From the NCBI RefSeq assembly GCF_036365525.1, contig NC_090373.1, positions 104,633,570 to 104,697,569 on the forward strand: DNA of 64,000 bases. The letters are read 5' to 3'. The stretch's first letter is position 1. Every line of letters starts with the position of its first letter. Below, piece by piece: positions 48,700 through 62,229 of this stretch. Source of the stretch: Heterodontus francisci. Taxonomy: Eukaryota. Under the pieces are notes generated by a model. It was given only the letters and a program-made list of their open reading frames with translations, ran no database searches and had not been told where the DNA came from. The position numbers and the translations under genes are program-made.

Positions 48700-50050
48700 T
48701 ACACACAGTAACCTATTGGGCTGCACCTCCATTCTCATGATTTGTATCAGTATTTGTTCTGCTTTCCTCCTCCCTTCACCCAGTCCACTGGGCCAAACTT
48801 CCTCTAAGCTTCCTCTCGCCCCCACTCTAGTCCTGAACTCGTATCTTTCTCTAGTTTCTCTGCTATCCCCCTTCATGCCCTCTCTGAGCTCATCTTGTCC
48901 ATGAGATCCATCTCCTGCTCCCTGAACCCTCTTCCCACTAAACTACTGATCCAACTTCCCTTCCTGCCTTTCATTTAAGCTGATATTGTTCATGGTTCTC
49001 TCTCCTCAGGTACTGTTCCCCTTTGCTTCTAATCCACCATCATCAACACTCTCCTCAAAAAAAAACTCTTCACCTCTTTGCTCTTGTAAACTACCACCCC
49101 ATCGCCAATCTCCTTTTCCTCTCCAAAGTCCCTGAGAATGTTGTCACCTTCTAAATTCGTTGGAATTTCCACAATTCCATGTTTGAATCCCTCCAATTAG
49201 GTTTCCACCTCTGCCACAGAACTGAAACGACACAGTGGTGCAGTGGTTAGCACCGCAGCCTCACAGCTCCAGGGACCCGGGTTTGATTCTGGTTACTGCC
49301 TGTGCAGAGTTTGCAAGTTCTCCCTGTGACCGCGTGGATTTTCGCCGGGTGCTCTAGTTTCCTCCTACAGCCAAAGACTTGCAGGTTGATAGGTAAATTG
49401 GCCATTGTAAATTGTCCCTACTGTAGGTAGGTGGTAGGGAATATGGGATTACTTCAGGGTTATTATAAATGGGTGGTTGTTGGTCGGCACAGATTTGGTG
49501 GGCCGAAGGGCCTGTTTCAGTGCTGTATCTCTAAATAAAATAAATAAAATCACATATGACATCCTATGTGATTGTGACTGTGGTAAACTATTCCTCCTCG
49601 TCCTGTGTGCAGCCTTTGACACGGCTGACCCGCACCATCCTTCTCCACTGTCATCCAGTTGGGTGAGACTGCTCTCACCTGGTTCTATTCTTAACTATCC
49701 AGTTGTAGTCAGGAAATCACCTGCAATGGCTTCTCTTCCTGCTCCTACACCATTACCTCTGGTGTCCCGCTAGTATCTATCCTTGGCTGTTTCCTATTTC
49801 TCATTTGCATGCCACCCCTCAGTGACATCATTCAAAAACACAGCATTAATTCCCACATGTACACTGACATCGCCCAGCTCTACTTCACCATCACCTCTCT
49901 CAATCCCTCCACTGTCTCTAAATTGTTTGCTTGTCAAACTTCCAGCCCTGGATGAGCAGAAATTTCTTCCAGTTTAACATTGGAAGACTGAAGCCATGGC
50001 CTTTGATCCCCATCAAAAACTCCACTCCCTAGCTACCGACTTTATTCCTC
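48700..50050 (+). mobile_element. L2-clade LINE RT fragment, degenerate
   Basis: Eroded NYHPIANLLFLSKV, GFHLCHRTET and LLVLCAAFDT motifs. Confidence 0.7.
49230..49550 (+). mobile_element. HE1-type SINE, near full length, nested in the L2 fragment
   Basis: acagtggtgcagtggttagcaccgcagcctcacagctcc...gggcctgtttcagtgctgtatctc(taaa)n. Confidence 0.88.
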
Positions 50051-50084
50051 TACTTTTTAAAGGGCTTGAATTTTTTAAATGTTG

Positions 50085-50805
50085 ATGTTTGGAGAGACTT
50101 GGGTATACTCGCACAATGGACACAAAGTTAGCGTGCAGGTTCAACAAACAATTAGGAAGGCAAATGGATCGCTGGCTTTTATTGCAAGGGGATTGGAGTA
50201 CAAGAATAAGGAAGTCTTGTTACAATTGAACTGGGTTTTGGTGAGACCACACCTGGAGACCACAACTGTGTGCAGTTTTGATCTCCATATCTAAGGAAGG
50301 ATATACTTGCATTGGAGGCAGTACAGCGAAGGCTCACTAGATGGGTTCCTGGGACGAGAGGGTTATCCTATGATGAGAGACTGAGTAAATTGGGCCTATA
50401 CTCTCTGAAATTTAGAAGAATGAGAGGTGATTTCATTGAAATGTACAAGATTCTGAAAGAGCTCGACAGGGTTGACACTGAGAGGTTGTTTCCCCAGCTG
50501 GGGAGTCTAGAACACAGTGGTACAGTCTCAGGATAAGGGATCAATCATTTAGGACAGGGATAAGGAGAAATTTCTTCACTCAGAGGGTTGTAAATCTTTG
50601 GAATTCTCTACCACTGAGGGTTGTGGAAGCTCCATCGTTGAGTATATTCAAGGCTGAGAACAATGGATTTTTGGTCTCTCAAGGAATCCAGGGATATAGG
50701 GAATCGGCGGGAAAATGGAGTTGAGGTAGAAGATCAGACATAATCATATTGAATGGCAGAAACACTCGAAGAGCCTTATGGGCTACTCCTGCTCCTATTC
50801 CTTAT
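50085..50805 (+). mobile_element. CR1 LINE 3' fragment
   Basis: VQVQQTIRKANGSLAFIARGLEYKNKEVLLQL..LVRPHLE; EAVQRRLTRWVPG..GLSYDERLSKLGLYSL. Confidence 0.88.
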
Positions 50806-53800
50806 GTGTTCTCCAATAGCAGTTAAGTCATCTGTCATGACCAGGCATATCTAAGTATTACCACTTTTCTTTCATATACTTCTTGCTGGGTTATGCACTT
50901 CCTGAAGTCAATAGGCAACCCTCTTACAAGGTTGCACCTGTGTTGCTCTACAGCTGACAATTTGGATACGGCTGACAGAAACCTGGCAAAAATATTTTCT
51001 TCCCAAATTCCTCTTGCTCTTCCTTTCCCTCCTCCTCCTGCCGAGCAGAAGCTAGGGTGGCCTATAGCACTCTCACACAACACATGCATGAAGTTTATGT
51101 TATGAATATCAATGTTAATGATATGGAACTGAGCACATGATTCCCTGGTTTTCTCACGGGGAAAACGCTCTGCACTAAAATAAACTCTGTAAAGTAGGCA
51201 ATCAGGGTGAGGTGTATTCTGGGCTGACAGGAAGTTAGTGTTTATAGGGCAACCAGTTTATTTGGAGTGTAAGAAAATTGAGGTGAAATGCTGTTGTATT
51301 CGTGGGTTGTAATGCATGGCTGGGTCCAATGGAGGTGCAGCCTTATTTGACAAGGGTATTGGGCAAATATGCAGATGATTGGTATGCAATGGATGTTTCA
51401 GAATCTCAACTGAATGTATTGTCCATTGTGGAGCAACAGTCCTTGTGCATTCAAGTCTTGTATCTCCTGGTTGAGCTGGTCCTCTCCTAGTGGTTGTCAC
51501 CTTCCTTCTCCTGCCTGCTACATAGAAAAGCCCTTTTTCAGGGCAAAGCTGTGCAAAACGCAGCAGGCAAGCATCATTTTGGCCACCTTGGCTAGAGTGT
51601 ATTCCATACCTGTGGTCTCACTCTAGGTCACTATTAATCCAGCCAGTGGCGACAGACTGTTTTGGCTCTGGATCTCCACGAATTAAAATGGTCAGAAAAA
51701 TTGTGCAAAAAATGTACAAATGCACGCAAGGTTGGTGAAGCTCTTTGACAGCAGTGCAAAGTGGAAAAATTACCCTTTGTAGTGTTCTGCTGTGATCTTG
51801 AACTTCCTTTGAAAAGTAGACAGCAGTCTGTGAAGGGCCACAAACTAGTCTGGGAGGAAGAAAACTTTTGACAAGGTGATTGAAACAAGGCACCTACCAA
51901 CAGAGTTAATTCATTTTAATTCCACGTTCCCAGTAATGAGCTATGTTCACAAGAATTGCGGTTCACAGAGTTGAAGCTACAGTGTTGTTTTCCTATCTCT
52001 AACTGTATGCCCTTCAAGCCCTGCTCCTCATGGGGAGTGTGGGATCAGTATCTTGTCCTAATTGGGAGTTAGTTGAGATTTCTCAAAGTTGACAATGATG
52101 CCAACTTCTGGAATGTTGGCTGCTCTTCTGACAAGGACATGGCAGTCATCTAAATGTGAAAGCATCCTGAGCAACAACTTTGTTTTCATTTTCTCACTCA
52201 TTTAACCAACAATTGTCATCTCTTAACTATGATGGTCCAACCTTAGTCCTTCATTAGTTGACATTCTTGGCCTATCTCCTCTGACCTTGTTTAACAGTTC
52301 CACAACTTCTCCATTGCTAAAGCTACCTCCAAGAAGCATAGCTTCCTCTTTCATGTTAAACACTTTTCCACTCAACAAATGTTAACTCTCTATCAAGTGC
52401 ACACCGACCTAAGACTTGAACACATGCTTATATCGGAAAGGATCTCCTCGCACGTTTCTCAGTCCTGAACAGGAAAAAGCTTATTATCTGATCCTTACCT
52501 CTAGCTTCAATCTCTCTTTCTCTCTCACTTTAGTGCACTTTGTTTTTATCCCCCTATTTTATTGATACATTTATGATGGAAGGAACCATTTAACATTGTT
52601 CAAAAGCACAGCATTGTTGCACTGCCATTTTTTGGATGCACAATAATGCATGAAAACACACACATGCAAGGGGAATGTCTACCATGCCAGTACTGTTCTG
52701 CATGAGATGAAGCCAAGTATTAAAATAATTGTTACAACAGTTTAAAAAAAAAACTGATATCTCCAAACTTTGTCATTTATTTTTACATTAGATCCATGCT
52801 TTGCTTTGTACTTGAAGATATATTATGTGGTGTTGTATTGAAAAAATGAAAGAGCTGAAAGCAGTAAACAGCTGCAAGGAAAAGCACATGAAAGAAACAA
52901 TTGGATGTTCAAAATAAACACTTTAAAAGGCTTACATTAACATATCATGTCAAGAAATGTCACGGCAGATCAGAAATTATTTTTTAAGGGCTGTCACTAT
53001 TGTTTTGTAATGAAAGTGCATATACCAGGGGTTTTACATGCCTTCAGGGGTAATCACAGAGCACTGTTATACTTTCACTCGTAATCTAATTACACTTTGT
53101 ACATTGTATGCCACAGATCATTACTTCCTCTAGCTATCACGATTTCAGCTGCTTTGTCCAAAAACTGTTAATGACTCAAGGAACCTCCAAAAATTCTGGA
53201 TACAAGAATAACTTGGAAGGGGGTCCATATATGAATCCTTTTGGAATGTTCGAATAATCATAACCACATCCTGCCAATTAGGTGTATAATGGGACTCTTT
53301 TTAAATGAGAATTTCTATTTTAAACAGTCTGGTTTGCCAGTCCTGACAGATGAAAGGAAAAAGGAGCATAATGTCAGATAAAATAACTTCCCTGAAGGTT
53401 TTGTAAATTTATCCACTAAGGAACTCTGCGCCATACAGTCTAGGGAGGTTCCAGGTTTGATTTCTGGTTTATAACAAATTGGATGATCTCAGCCAGGTGC
53501 AGCAGTTGTGATGCTACTATTGGCCTCTGTGCCAAAGGTTAAGGAGAGGAAACTTAGTACAATTTTTTATTCTTGATCAACAACCAGTAACCTTGCTGGA
53601 AATGTCCTTGCCCTTGTATGGATTCTAGGTGAAGCCAATATTATGTTCATTTGTGCTTCTTCTCCCACATTCACCATCAGAGCTTCTGTGTGAATCATGG
53701 ATACAAGGATGAGTTACTCAAAGGTGTCTGGTATCTATGCAGCTGCACCTCAGTCCACACCTTCAAGAGGGGGTTGGGGTGGGGTGGAGGGGGTGGGAGA

Positions 53801-54615
53801 AAGCTGATGGAGTAAATTGGCGAAAATAAAATAAAATAAAAATATGGAACATTGTTCTCCTGATCAACATTCCTTATAAATCACTTCACTTCTCGCATTC
53901 CCCAGGAGCACAATGATTGGACTACTACAATGTCAGTTTGTGAAAATAAAAAAAAAAGGCTCATTACAAAAATGGTGAAAATAACACTTCAAACTTGGAT
54001 TATAACATGATTCTGTACGCTAGATCGTCTTACAGAAAATAAAATCATCCAGAAAGAAATGTCAGGAAGGATTGTCCTTTCTTTTATTAAGAAGGTGGTT
54101 ACTATGAATAAATTGTGGTCAACCCTTTGTATATGCACTAGCTCATTAACCAGAATGAGAATGTGGAATTGTGCATCAAACAAGCCTTACCACATTGATA
54201 TCTTAAAAGACAAATCAAAATATCAAAACTGTTTTAATCTCACCTGTTTGGGAGCAGAAGTCTGAAGTAATACAAGCTACAGCAAAACAGTTAGTCAGTT
54301 GTAGATATCAAACAGCACAGATAGTACACTAAAGAATGCAGTCACTGGAATAATACATTAGTATACATGAAGGAGCCAATATATTTACAGATACCAGACT
54401 TCATTATACAGCTACCTTTGAAAGCCATACAAAAAAGCATATTATAAAGGAGGTGCTTTTTACATGGGTTCTGTACAAATTACTTAACACAAAGTTGTGA
54501 TATGTAGAATGAAGGGTCTAGTGTATGTGCTACATAATCGTACTGTGAAAAGAAACTATTTGCATTCATAATTACTAAGTCAGAATTGCATTCAATTTCA
54601 TTGCATTTTACTTAC

Positions 54616-54717
54616 TTCATCTCTCCTAGTTTCTTGCTAAGCGTAGAGCTTACATTATTCAGAGCTGCTGATGCCTTCTGTCCTGTATTATTGAGAGTCT
54701 CCTGTGTTTTTTTGTAT
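54616..54717 (-). CDS. TPD52L1: TPD52L1 coding exon (102 nt)
   Basis: ttctttccacag|A; YKKTQETLNNTGQKASAALNNVSSTLSKKLGEM; AA|gtaagt. Confidence 0.95.
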
Positions 54718-57129
54718 CTGTGGAAAGAAATAAAACAATTTAGGCATGAAAGAGTACCTACTGAAGGAGATGAAAGCTTAATCGTCTGTAGAATTATATT
54801 TTAATGAAGAATATAGCTTTGAATGTTACATATGAACATATGAAAAAAGACAGAAAAAGTCCAGCTGGTCCATCTCATTGAGTTGTGTGCACCTAAGTAA
54901 CATGACCCTCAATCCTCCCCATCCACCAGCAGCCAATGTAATCTCCGGGAGAAGCAAAAAAAAAGTTTTTTAAAAACTAGGTCAATTCAGGGAGAAAATA
55001 TTTCTGGGAAATTCCTCTCTGTCCCCCGAAAGTGATCCAAAACAAGTTCCAGGACATAACAGTGACCACAAAATATATCACCCAATATCCCTCCTATCTT
55101 TTGTATGCAACAGTATCAGCCTCCTCCAAGAACTCATCCATCTCTTTCTGAATGGTTGCTGTGAATCTGCACTCTCTGCATCAGCCAGAAACTTATTTCA
55201 AATCCAACAACTTGTTTACAGTTGTGCACTGTTATAATTCACAACTAGTTTCATTATTTAAAAGACTATTTTGTGGGTAATTATACATTACAAAATATAT
55301 ATTTTTAAAAATTGTGCAGTAAATAAGTCGCGGGGAGAAACCCTCAACAATTTAAACATTTTAATGAAATCAATCAAGGACCCAGAGCATTGCTGTAAGC
55401 TAATCACAAACTTACTGAGGGATCGGTTACTAAACTCAATCTACCTGCCCTTCTCTGGGTCAGTGCTTTTATAGCTCAAGTTTACTGACATTAATAAGCT
55501 CTCTCACATGAACATGTCTTGCCATTGCAACAATGATCTGCACAGGGGGAAAGGCAGTTATACTGTGTTGTGGATGAATATAAGGTCTGACTGAATATTG
55601 GATCACATTACGTCTGTATCAGCTGACTTACTATTATTAAAAAAAAGGACTGCTACCCAGCATAGTGTGAGCACCCAAAATGTTAATTTCAAGTTATAAA
55701 TAGGATTGATAAACCAAAATGTTCAGAATTTGATAACTGAAACAACTGTGAACCAATGTTTGGTATTCCATTTTATCATTGTTGTATTTTGGGATTTTCA
55801 GCATTTTACCATTGAAGAGGGGCTTGGTATAATTCATATTAAAATTTACTTTTAAGTTAAAGTTTTCTTTCCAGGGTTTAGATTCACAGGTCAGCCACAT
55901 GCTGAAGATTCAGATCAGATGTCAGATGAAACATTTATCCAGACAGTCTCCAACAATGGAGGTTTGTTACGGAACATCCCAGGAAAATTGCATTCTAGGG
56001 ATCGGAATGCATCATCCTTCCATGCCTGCAGAAAAAAGCGGGTAAGGCCGAGGGCAGTCTACCTTAAAAGCAAGCCTTAGTCTGAATTAGTGATATGGTT
56101 GCCAAAAGCAAGTGCCACTTAGCCACTATTTGGACAGAATGGTGTATTTTTATTATTTATGGAGAAGGTCTGAGGTTAATTTGAAGTAAGGTGGGAATTG
56201 CTAGAACATTTGTTCTATATGTTCAGTTACTGACTAAAATAAAGCAGCTTAACAATTTGTATTGACCTCATCTCACTAAAATATTAACTATTCTGCTTTC
56301 CAGAAGATTGAAGCAGCACATGCAAAGTTCACAATACCCAGCTCAAAGGACAAGGGAGTAATATTATTATACATTATTGTATTACAAGATATTGGGCAAA
56401 CTTGTGAGCACAAGGAATGCTTATGAGAGCAACCAGCATCCCTGAGTGAGAGAATATCAAAGGTGAATCCGAAATATGTAACAATCATTAATGATTCAAA
56501 AGCAAGATATCAGGAAGCTAACAGTAGATCTGCACAGTGCAATGACAGGATCAGCAAATTTTCATCATAGGGTATGCAGCAATCTCATTATTTTCTGGAT
56601 CACAGCCCACATCAGGCATGGTCTGGTGCACTCCTACTTAATTTTTTTGCTGTTACAAGAAAGCTACATAGCCATTTTGCCAAGTGCCATTCTGCTTTAA
56701 TAAAATAAAATTGGTCACATGTTGCATTTCATATTTACCTGGCTGTTTCACTGCCCCAAAAATTGATCTGTTTTCATCTTAATGTTTAATGACCCAATAA
56801 ATCAACAGAAGTAGTATTTTCAAATGAACATTTCAACACTGGAATGTTTGCAGCCAATTTGATTACCAAGCTTCCAGCAAAATTGTGAAGATATTACTAT
56901 TTCCCCTTTCAAAAGAAATATTCCTCTCTGCAACTTATTTAGGTTCTACCATACCAAACACATTCTCTGGGGGACTGTCATCCTGTTTCCAGGCCAATGT
57001 CAGTGGTGCCCTGTGACAGATCATGAGGAAGTGCACAACTGGTCAAGCCTTCTGATTTTTCTTCATTCCTGTGCCAAAATGTTTCACCTTTGCACCACTC
57101 CTCCTATACCAGAATGAGAGGAAGGGAAG

Positions 57130-58770
57130 GAAAAAAATCATCCATGTAGATTCCTGTCCTACTCCTTTGCAGTACAACAAAATTTGTCCACTGATCTACA
57201 AGTCATCAGATAGAATACTGCCATCTGCCCAGCAATGTGGAAAATTGCCAAGGTATGGCCTGTCCAGAAAAAGCGGGATAAATCCAATCTGGACAATTAC
57301 TGCCCCACCAGTCTACTCCAATCATCAGCGAAGTGGTGGAACACATCAGTGACAGTGCCATCAAGTGGCATTAATCAGCAATAACCTACTCACCAATGCT
57401 CAGTTTGGGCTCCGTCTGGGCCGCTCAGCTCCAGACCTCATGACAGCCTTGGTTGGTCCAAACACAGTCAAAAGAGCTGAATTCAAGAGGTGAGGCAAGA
57501 GTGACTGCCCTTGACATCAGGCAGCATTTGACTGAGTATGGCATCAAGGAGCCCTAGCAAAATTGAAGTCAATGGGAATCAGGGGGAAAACTCTCCACTG
57601 GTTGGAGTCATACCTAGCACAAAGGAAGATGGCTGTGGTTGTTGGAGGCCAATCATCTCAGCCGCAGGGCATTTTTGCAGGAGTTCCTCAGGGTAGTGTC
57701 CTAGGCCTAACTATATTTAGCTGCTTTGTCAATTCCCTCCATCATAAGGTCAGAAGTGGGGATGGTCGCTGATGATTGCATGGTGTTCAGTACCATTCGC
57801 AACTCCTCAGATACTGAAACAGTCCTTGCCTGCATGCAGCAAGACCTGGACAGCATTCAGCCTTGGGCTGATAAATGGCAAGTTACATTTGCGCCACACA
57901 AATGTAAAGCATTGACCATCTCCAATAAGAGAGAATCTAACCATCTCCCCTTGACATTCAATGCTAATACCATCGCTGAATCCCCCATCAACATCCTGGT
58001 GGTTAATATTGACCAGAATCTTAACTGGACCATCCATATAAATAGCGTGGCTACAAGAGAAGGTCAGAGGCTGGGAATTCTGCAGCAAATAACTCACCTC
58101 CTGTCTCCACAAAGCCTGTCCGTCATCTACAAGGCACAAGTCAGGAGCGTGATGGAATACTCTCCACTGGCCTGGATGGGTGCAGCTCCAACACTCAAGA
58201 GGCTCAACACCGTCCAGGACAAAGCAGCATGCTTGATCGTCACCGCATCCACCACCTCCACCACCAGCGCTCAATGGCAGCAGTCTGTACCATCTATAAG
58301 ATGCACTGCAGCAACTTGCCGAACCTCCTTCGATAGCACCTTCCAAACCTCGACCCCTACCACCTAGAAGGACAACTGCAGTAGACGCATGGGAATACCA
58401 CTACCTGCAAGTTCCCATCTATAAGATGCACTGCAGCAACTTGCCGAACCTCCTTCGATAGCATCTTCCAAACCTCGACCCCTACCACCTAGAAGGACAA
58501 CTGCAGTAGACGCATGGGAATACCACCACCTGCAAGTTCCCCTCCAAACCACACATCAGCCCGACTTGGAACTATAGCGCCTTTCCTTCATCGTCTCCGG
58601 GTTAAAAACCTGGAACTCCCTTCCTACAGCACTGTGGGTGTACCTACACCACATGGACTGCAGCAGTTCAAGAAGGCAGCTTATCACCACCTTCTCAAGA
58701 ACAATTAGGGACAGGAAACAAATGCTGGCTTAGCCAGTGATGCTCACATCCCAAGAACGAATAAAGAAAA
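57130..58770 (+). mobile_element. CR1-group LINE RT/3' portion with a 125-bp tandem duplication
   Basis: KSMGIRGKTLHWLESYL...GVPQGSVLG...GMVADDCMVF...MEYSPLAWMGAAP; family tail to 58770. Confidence 0.9.
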
Positions 58771-60025
58771 ATCAATTTGGAAGTATTCTCCAAATCAATC
58801 ATTTTTTTTTATATAGAGTACAATACTTGCAAACGTAATATACTTTTGGTATGCAAACAAAACATGAGCATTAAACAAGGATGAACATTGACCGTTCATA
58901 CCGGACCTCTGCCATTGAGCTGTGGCTTGATAACCCTATAGTCAGCTCTCAACTCATATTCAAAGGCTACCATTTCATCACAGTATCTCAACATGACTTG
59001 CAATCAAGGTAACTATTCAAGTTGTCATTACTTTCAAAAATACAAAGCACTGCTTTTAAGCATTGCTGTCATCTTATCATTCATTTTGCCAAAGTTACAA
59101 CTGTAACCAACCAACTTTTTTGTAAATTCTGAAATTGAAATTCAGGATATTGCATGCATTATGGACTGGGCATATTTCAGACTTCATATCCCAAAAAGGG
59201 AAGTGAGGACTACAGTGCTAATTTTGTACCCAGCTGCTGATTTGATGAAGTTCTAACCCTTACTATTCCTGTACTCATTTTGAATAAAACATTAAGGTGA
59301 AAACAGATCTCTTTTCATGGCACAGGAGAGTAAATTAGGTAAAACTAAATTGCAGCATGTGGCATTTATTTAGTTGGAGTAAAAAGACTTCAAAAATGCA
59401 GATCTTTTGCTAAAGTTGTAATTTTTTTTCTATCTACTTACTTTAGGCAAAATGAAAACAGCATAGGAAGGTAGGCTGGAGTTTTGTACGAACTACATTT
59501 ATCTACCATTAGTTCTTCCAGGTTCTCTAAATATGTGTAAAACAGATTTCCTACGAAATACCAGCTCAACTCGCTCACTCTTTTTAAATAAACTATTCAT
59601 TAATGAATAGGTTTCCCTACTCTGATACGAGTATAGAGCTCTGTGAATGCTGGCAACCCACTGGTACTTGTGTCTAAGTTTGAGAATAGATAACGAGCGC
59701 CTACAAAGCAACCAAGTGTGGCTCAGCCCAATTCTATCCTCACCCAATGAATACATGTGCAGTTTTCAACTTTGGTCTGTGTAGCTCAGGACCAAATGCA
59801 GTGTATTTACCCAACTAATGCCAAATGGGAGACATGTTTATTTTCATCTTTAAGATGTACTTCTTTTGAATCAGTAGAAAATTAATCAGCATCCAATATT
59901 ACATTTTGTAGGAAGCAAATAAACATCTGGGTGAATCACAGCAAAGCAGTTCTGCATATAACGGCAGGAATAAAGTACACTAGGTTCAATCAAGTTGCAG
60001 AAAACTCCTTCACTCAAAAACTTAC

Positions 60026-60174
60026 ATCACAGAAGTCTGCATATCATGCCAACTTTTGCTTAAGTTGTGTTTTATTTCATTCAGTGGGGTGATGCCCATC
60101 TTCTGCTTTATTTCAACTAGATGCTTCTCCTTGGCAATCAGAACTTGTCGCAATGTAGAGATTTCATCTTCTAG
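60026..60174 (-). CDS. TPD52L1: TPD52L1 coding exon (149 nt, coiled coil); upstream exons outside the window
   Basis: ttttttaatgtcag|CTA; LEDEISTLRQVLIAKEKHLVEIKQKMGITPLNEIKHNLSKSWHDMQTSV; AT|gtaagt. Confidence 0.96.
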
Positions 60175-60326
60175 CTGACATTAAAAAAGCATTTAATTCT
60201 TCATGTACACATTCTAAATAGAAATTTCAGTAGTTTATATAATGATCAAATGGTACTCACTCGCCAGACTAATGGACAACTTGTCACATTTTATTTCAGG
60301 TAAACCACTACATAAAATTATAGCGC

Positions 60327-61565
60327 CTCATTCCATGACAATATGAAAGGCACAATTCAACATAGGGGTGCCTCATCAGACCACTTTCCTATCCTGAGTG
60401 GCATGAAACAGGGCTATATTCTCGCACCTACACTGTTTGGGATCTTCTTCTCACTGCTGCTCTCACATGCATTCAAGTCTTCAGAAGAAGGAATTTTCCT
60501 CCACACAAAATCAGATGGCAGGTTGTTCAACTTTGCCCATTTAAGAGCGAAGACCAAGGTACGGAAGGTCCTCATCAGGGAACTCCTATTTGCTGACGAT
60601 GCTGCATTAACATCCCACACAGAAGAGTGTCTGCACAGACTCATCGACAGGATTGCGGCTGCCTGCAACGAATTTGGCCTAATCATCAGCCACAAGAAAA
60701 CGATCATCATGGGACAGGGCGTCAGAAATGCTCCATCAAAATCGGCGACCACACTCTGGAATTGGTTCAAGAGTACATCTACCTAGGCTCAACGATCACC
60801 AGTAACCTGTCTCTCGATGCAGAAATCAACAAGCGCGTGGGTAAGGCTGGCCGAGAGTGTGGGAAAATGTGGACCGACACGGAACACAAAAGTCCGAGTG
60901 TATCAAGCCTGTGTCCTCAGTATCTTGCTCTATGGCAGCGAGGCCTGGACAACATATGTCAGCCAAGAGCGATGTCTCAATTCATTCCATCTTCGCTGCC
61001 TCCGGAGAATCCTTGGCATCAGGTGGCAGGACCATATCTCCAACGCAGAAGTCCTCGAGGCAGCCAACATCTCCAGCATATACACCCTACTGAGCCAGCG
61101 GTGCTTGAGATGGCTTGGCCATGTGAGCCACATGGAAGATGGCAGGATCCCCAAGGACACATTGTATAGCGAGCTCGTCACTGGTATCAGACCCACCGGC
61201 CGTCCATGTCTCCATTTTAAAGACATCTGCAAATGCGACATGAAGTCCTGTGACATTGACCACAAGTCGTGGGAGTCAGTTGCCAGTGAACGCCAGAGCT
61301 GGCGGACAGCCATAAAAGCGGGGCTAAAGAGTGGCGAGTCGAAGAGACTTAGCTCTTGGCAGGAAAAAGACAGAAGCGCAAGGGGAGAGCCAACTGTGTA
61401 ACATCCCCGACAACCAACTTTATCTGCAGTGCCTGTGGAAGAGTCTGTCACTCTAGAATTGGCCTTTATAGCTACTCCAGACGCTGCTTCACAAACCACT
61501 GACCACCTCCAGGCGTTTACCCATTGTCTCTCGAGACAAGAAGGCCAAAGAAGAAGAAGAAGAAG
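60327..61565 (+). mobile_element. RTE-clade LINE RT/3' portion
   Basis: GMKQGYILAPTLFGIFF...RELLFADDAAL...LLYGSEAWT...LRWLGHVSHMEDGRIPK; (AAG)n tail. Confidence 0.92.
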
Positions 61566-61756
61566 TACCTAGTGCACTCATTTTGCAAATCCATAAGTTC
61601 TAACTGCACAAACGTAGTTGCAGACCCAAGAGAAAGTTTAAGTTGCAATATTTACTTCTTTTTCCTTCTGGAAGTCAAGACAGGCCATGCAATTCCTGTA
61701 GCTGAGAAGGTAACCTGCTTCCATGTTTCTCATCAGCTGACCACTGTTCCCACTAT

Positions 61757-62180
61757 TTAATTGGAAGAAATTTCTGCTCATCCAGTCCTGGATGCCAGAC
61801 AAGCAAATTATTAATAATAATAGCAACAGTGGGAAGTCAAGAAAGGTGGCAGTGAGGTAGAGCTGCGTGTTGTCAGCATACACGTCAAAACTAACACTGT
61901 GCTTTTGGACGATGTCACCGAGGGGCAGCATGTCGATGAGATATAAGGAGGATGCCAAGGATTGATCCTCGGGGGACACAACAGGTAACGGTGCAAGAGT
62001 GGGAAGAGAAGCCAATGCAAATGATTCCCTGGTTATGATTAGTTGGATAAGAACGGAACCATGCAAGTGCAGTCCCACCCAGCTTGTCAACAGTGGAGAG
62101 TCGTTGGAGGAGTCAACGGTGTCAAAGGCTGCAGACAGGTTGAGAAGAACGAGGAGGGAAAGTTTACCTTTGTCACAGAC
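61757..62180 (-). mobile_element. L2-clade LINE RT fragment
   Basis: LPLGDIVQKHSVSFDVYADNTQLYL...CLSGIQDWMSRNFFQLN. Confidence 0.8.
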
Positions 62181-62229
62181 AAAAGAAAAACAATCAAAAA
62201 TGCCATAATTCCAACGATCTTAAAATTCT

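Noticed and set aside
60930-61499. 189-aa minus-strand ORF
   Set aside because: Antisense shadow of the RTE coding frame.
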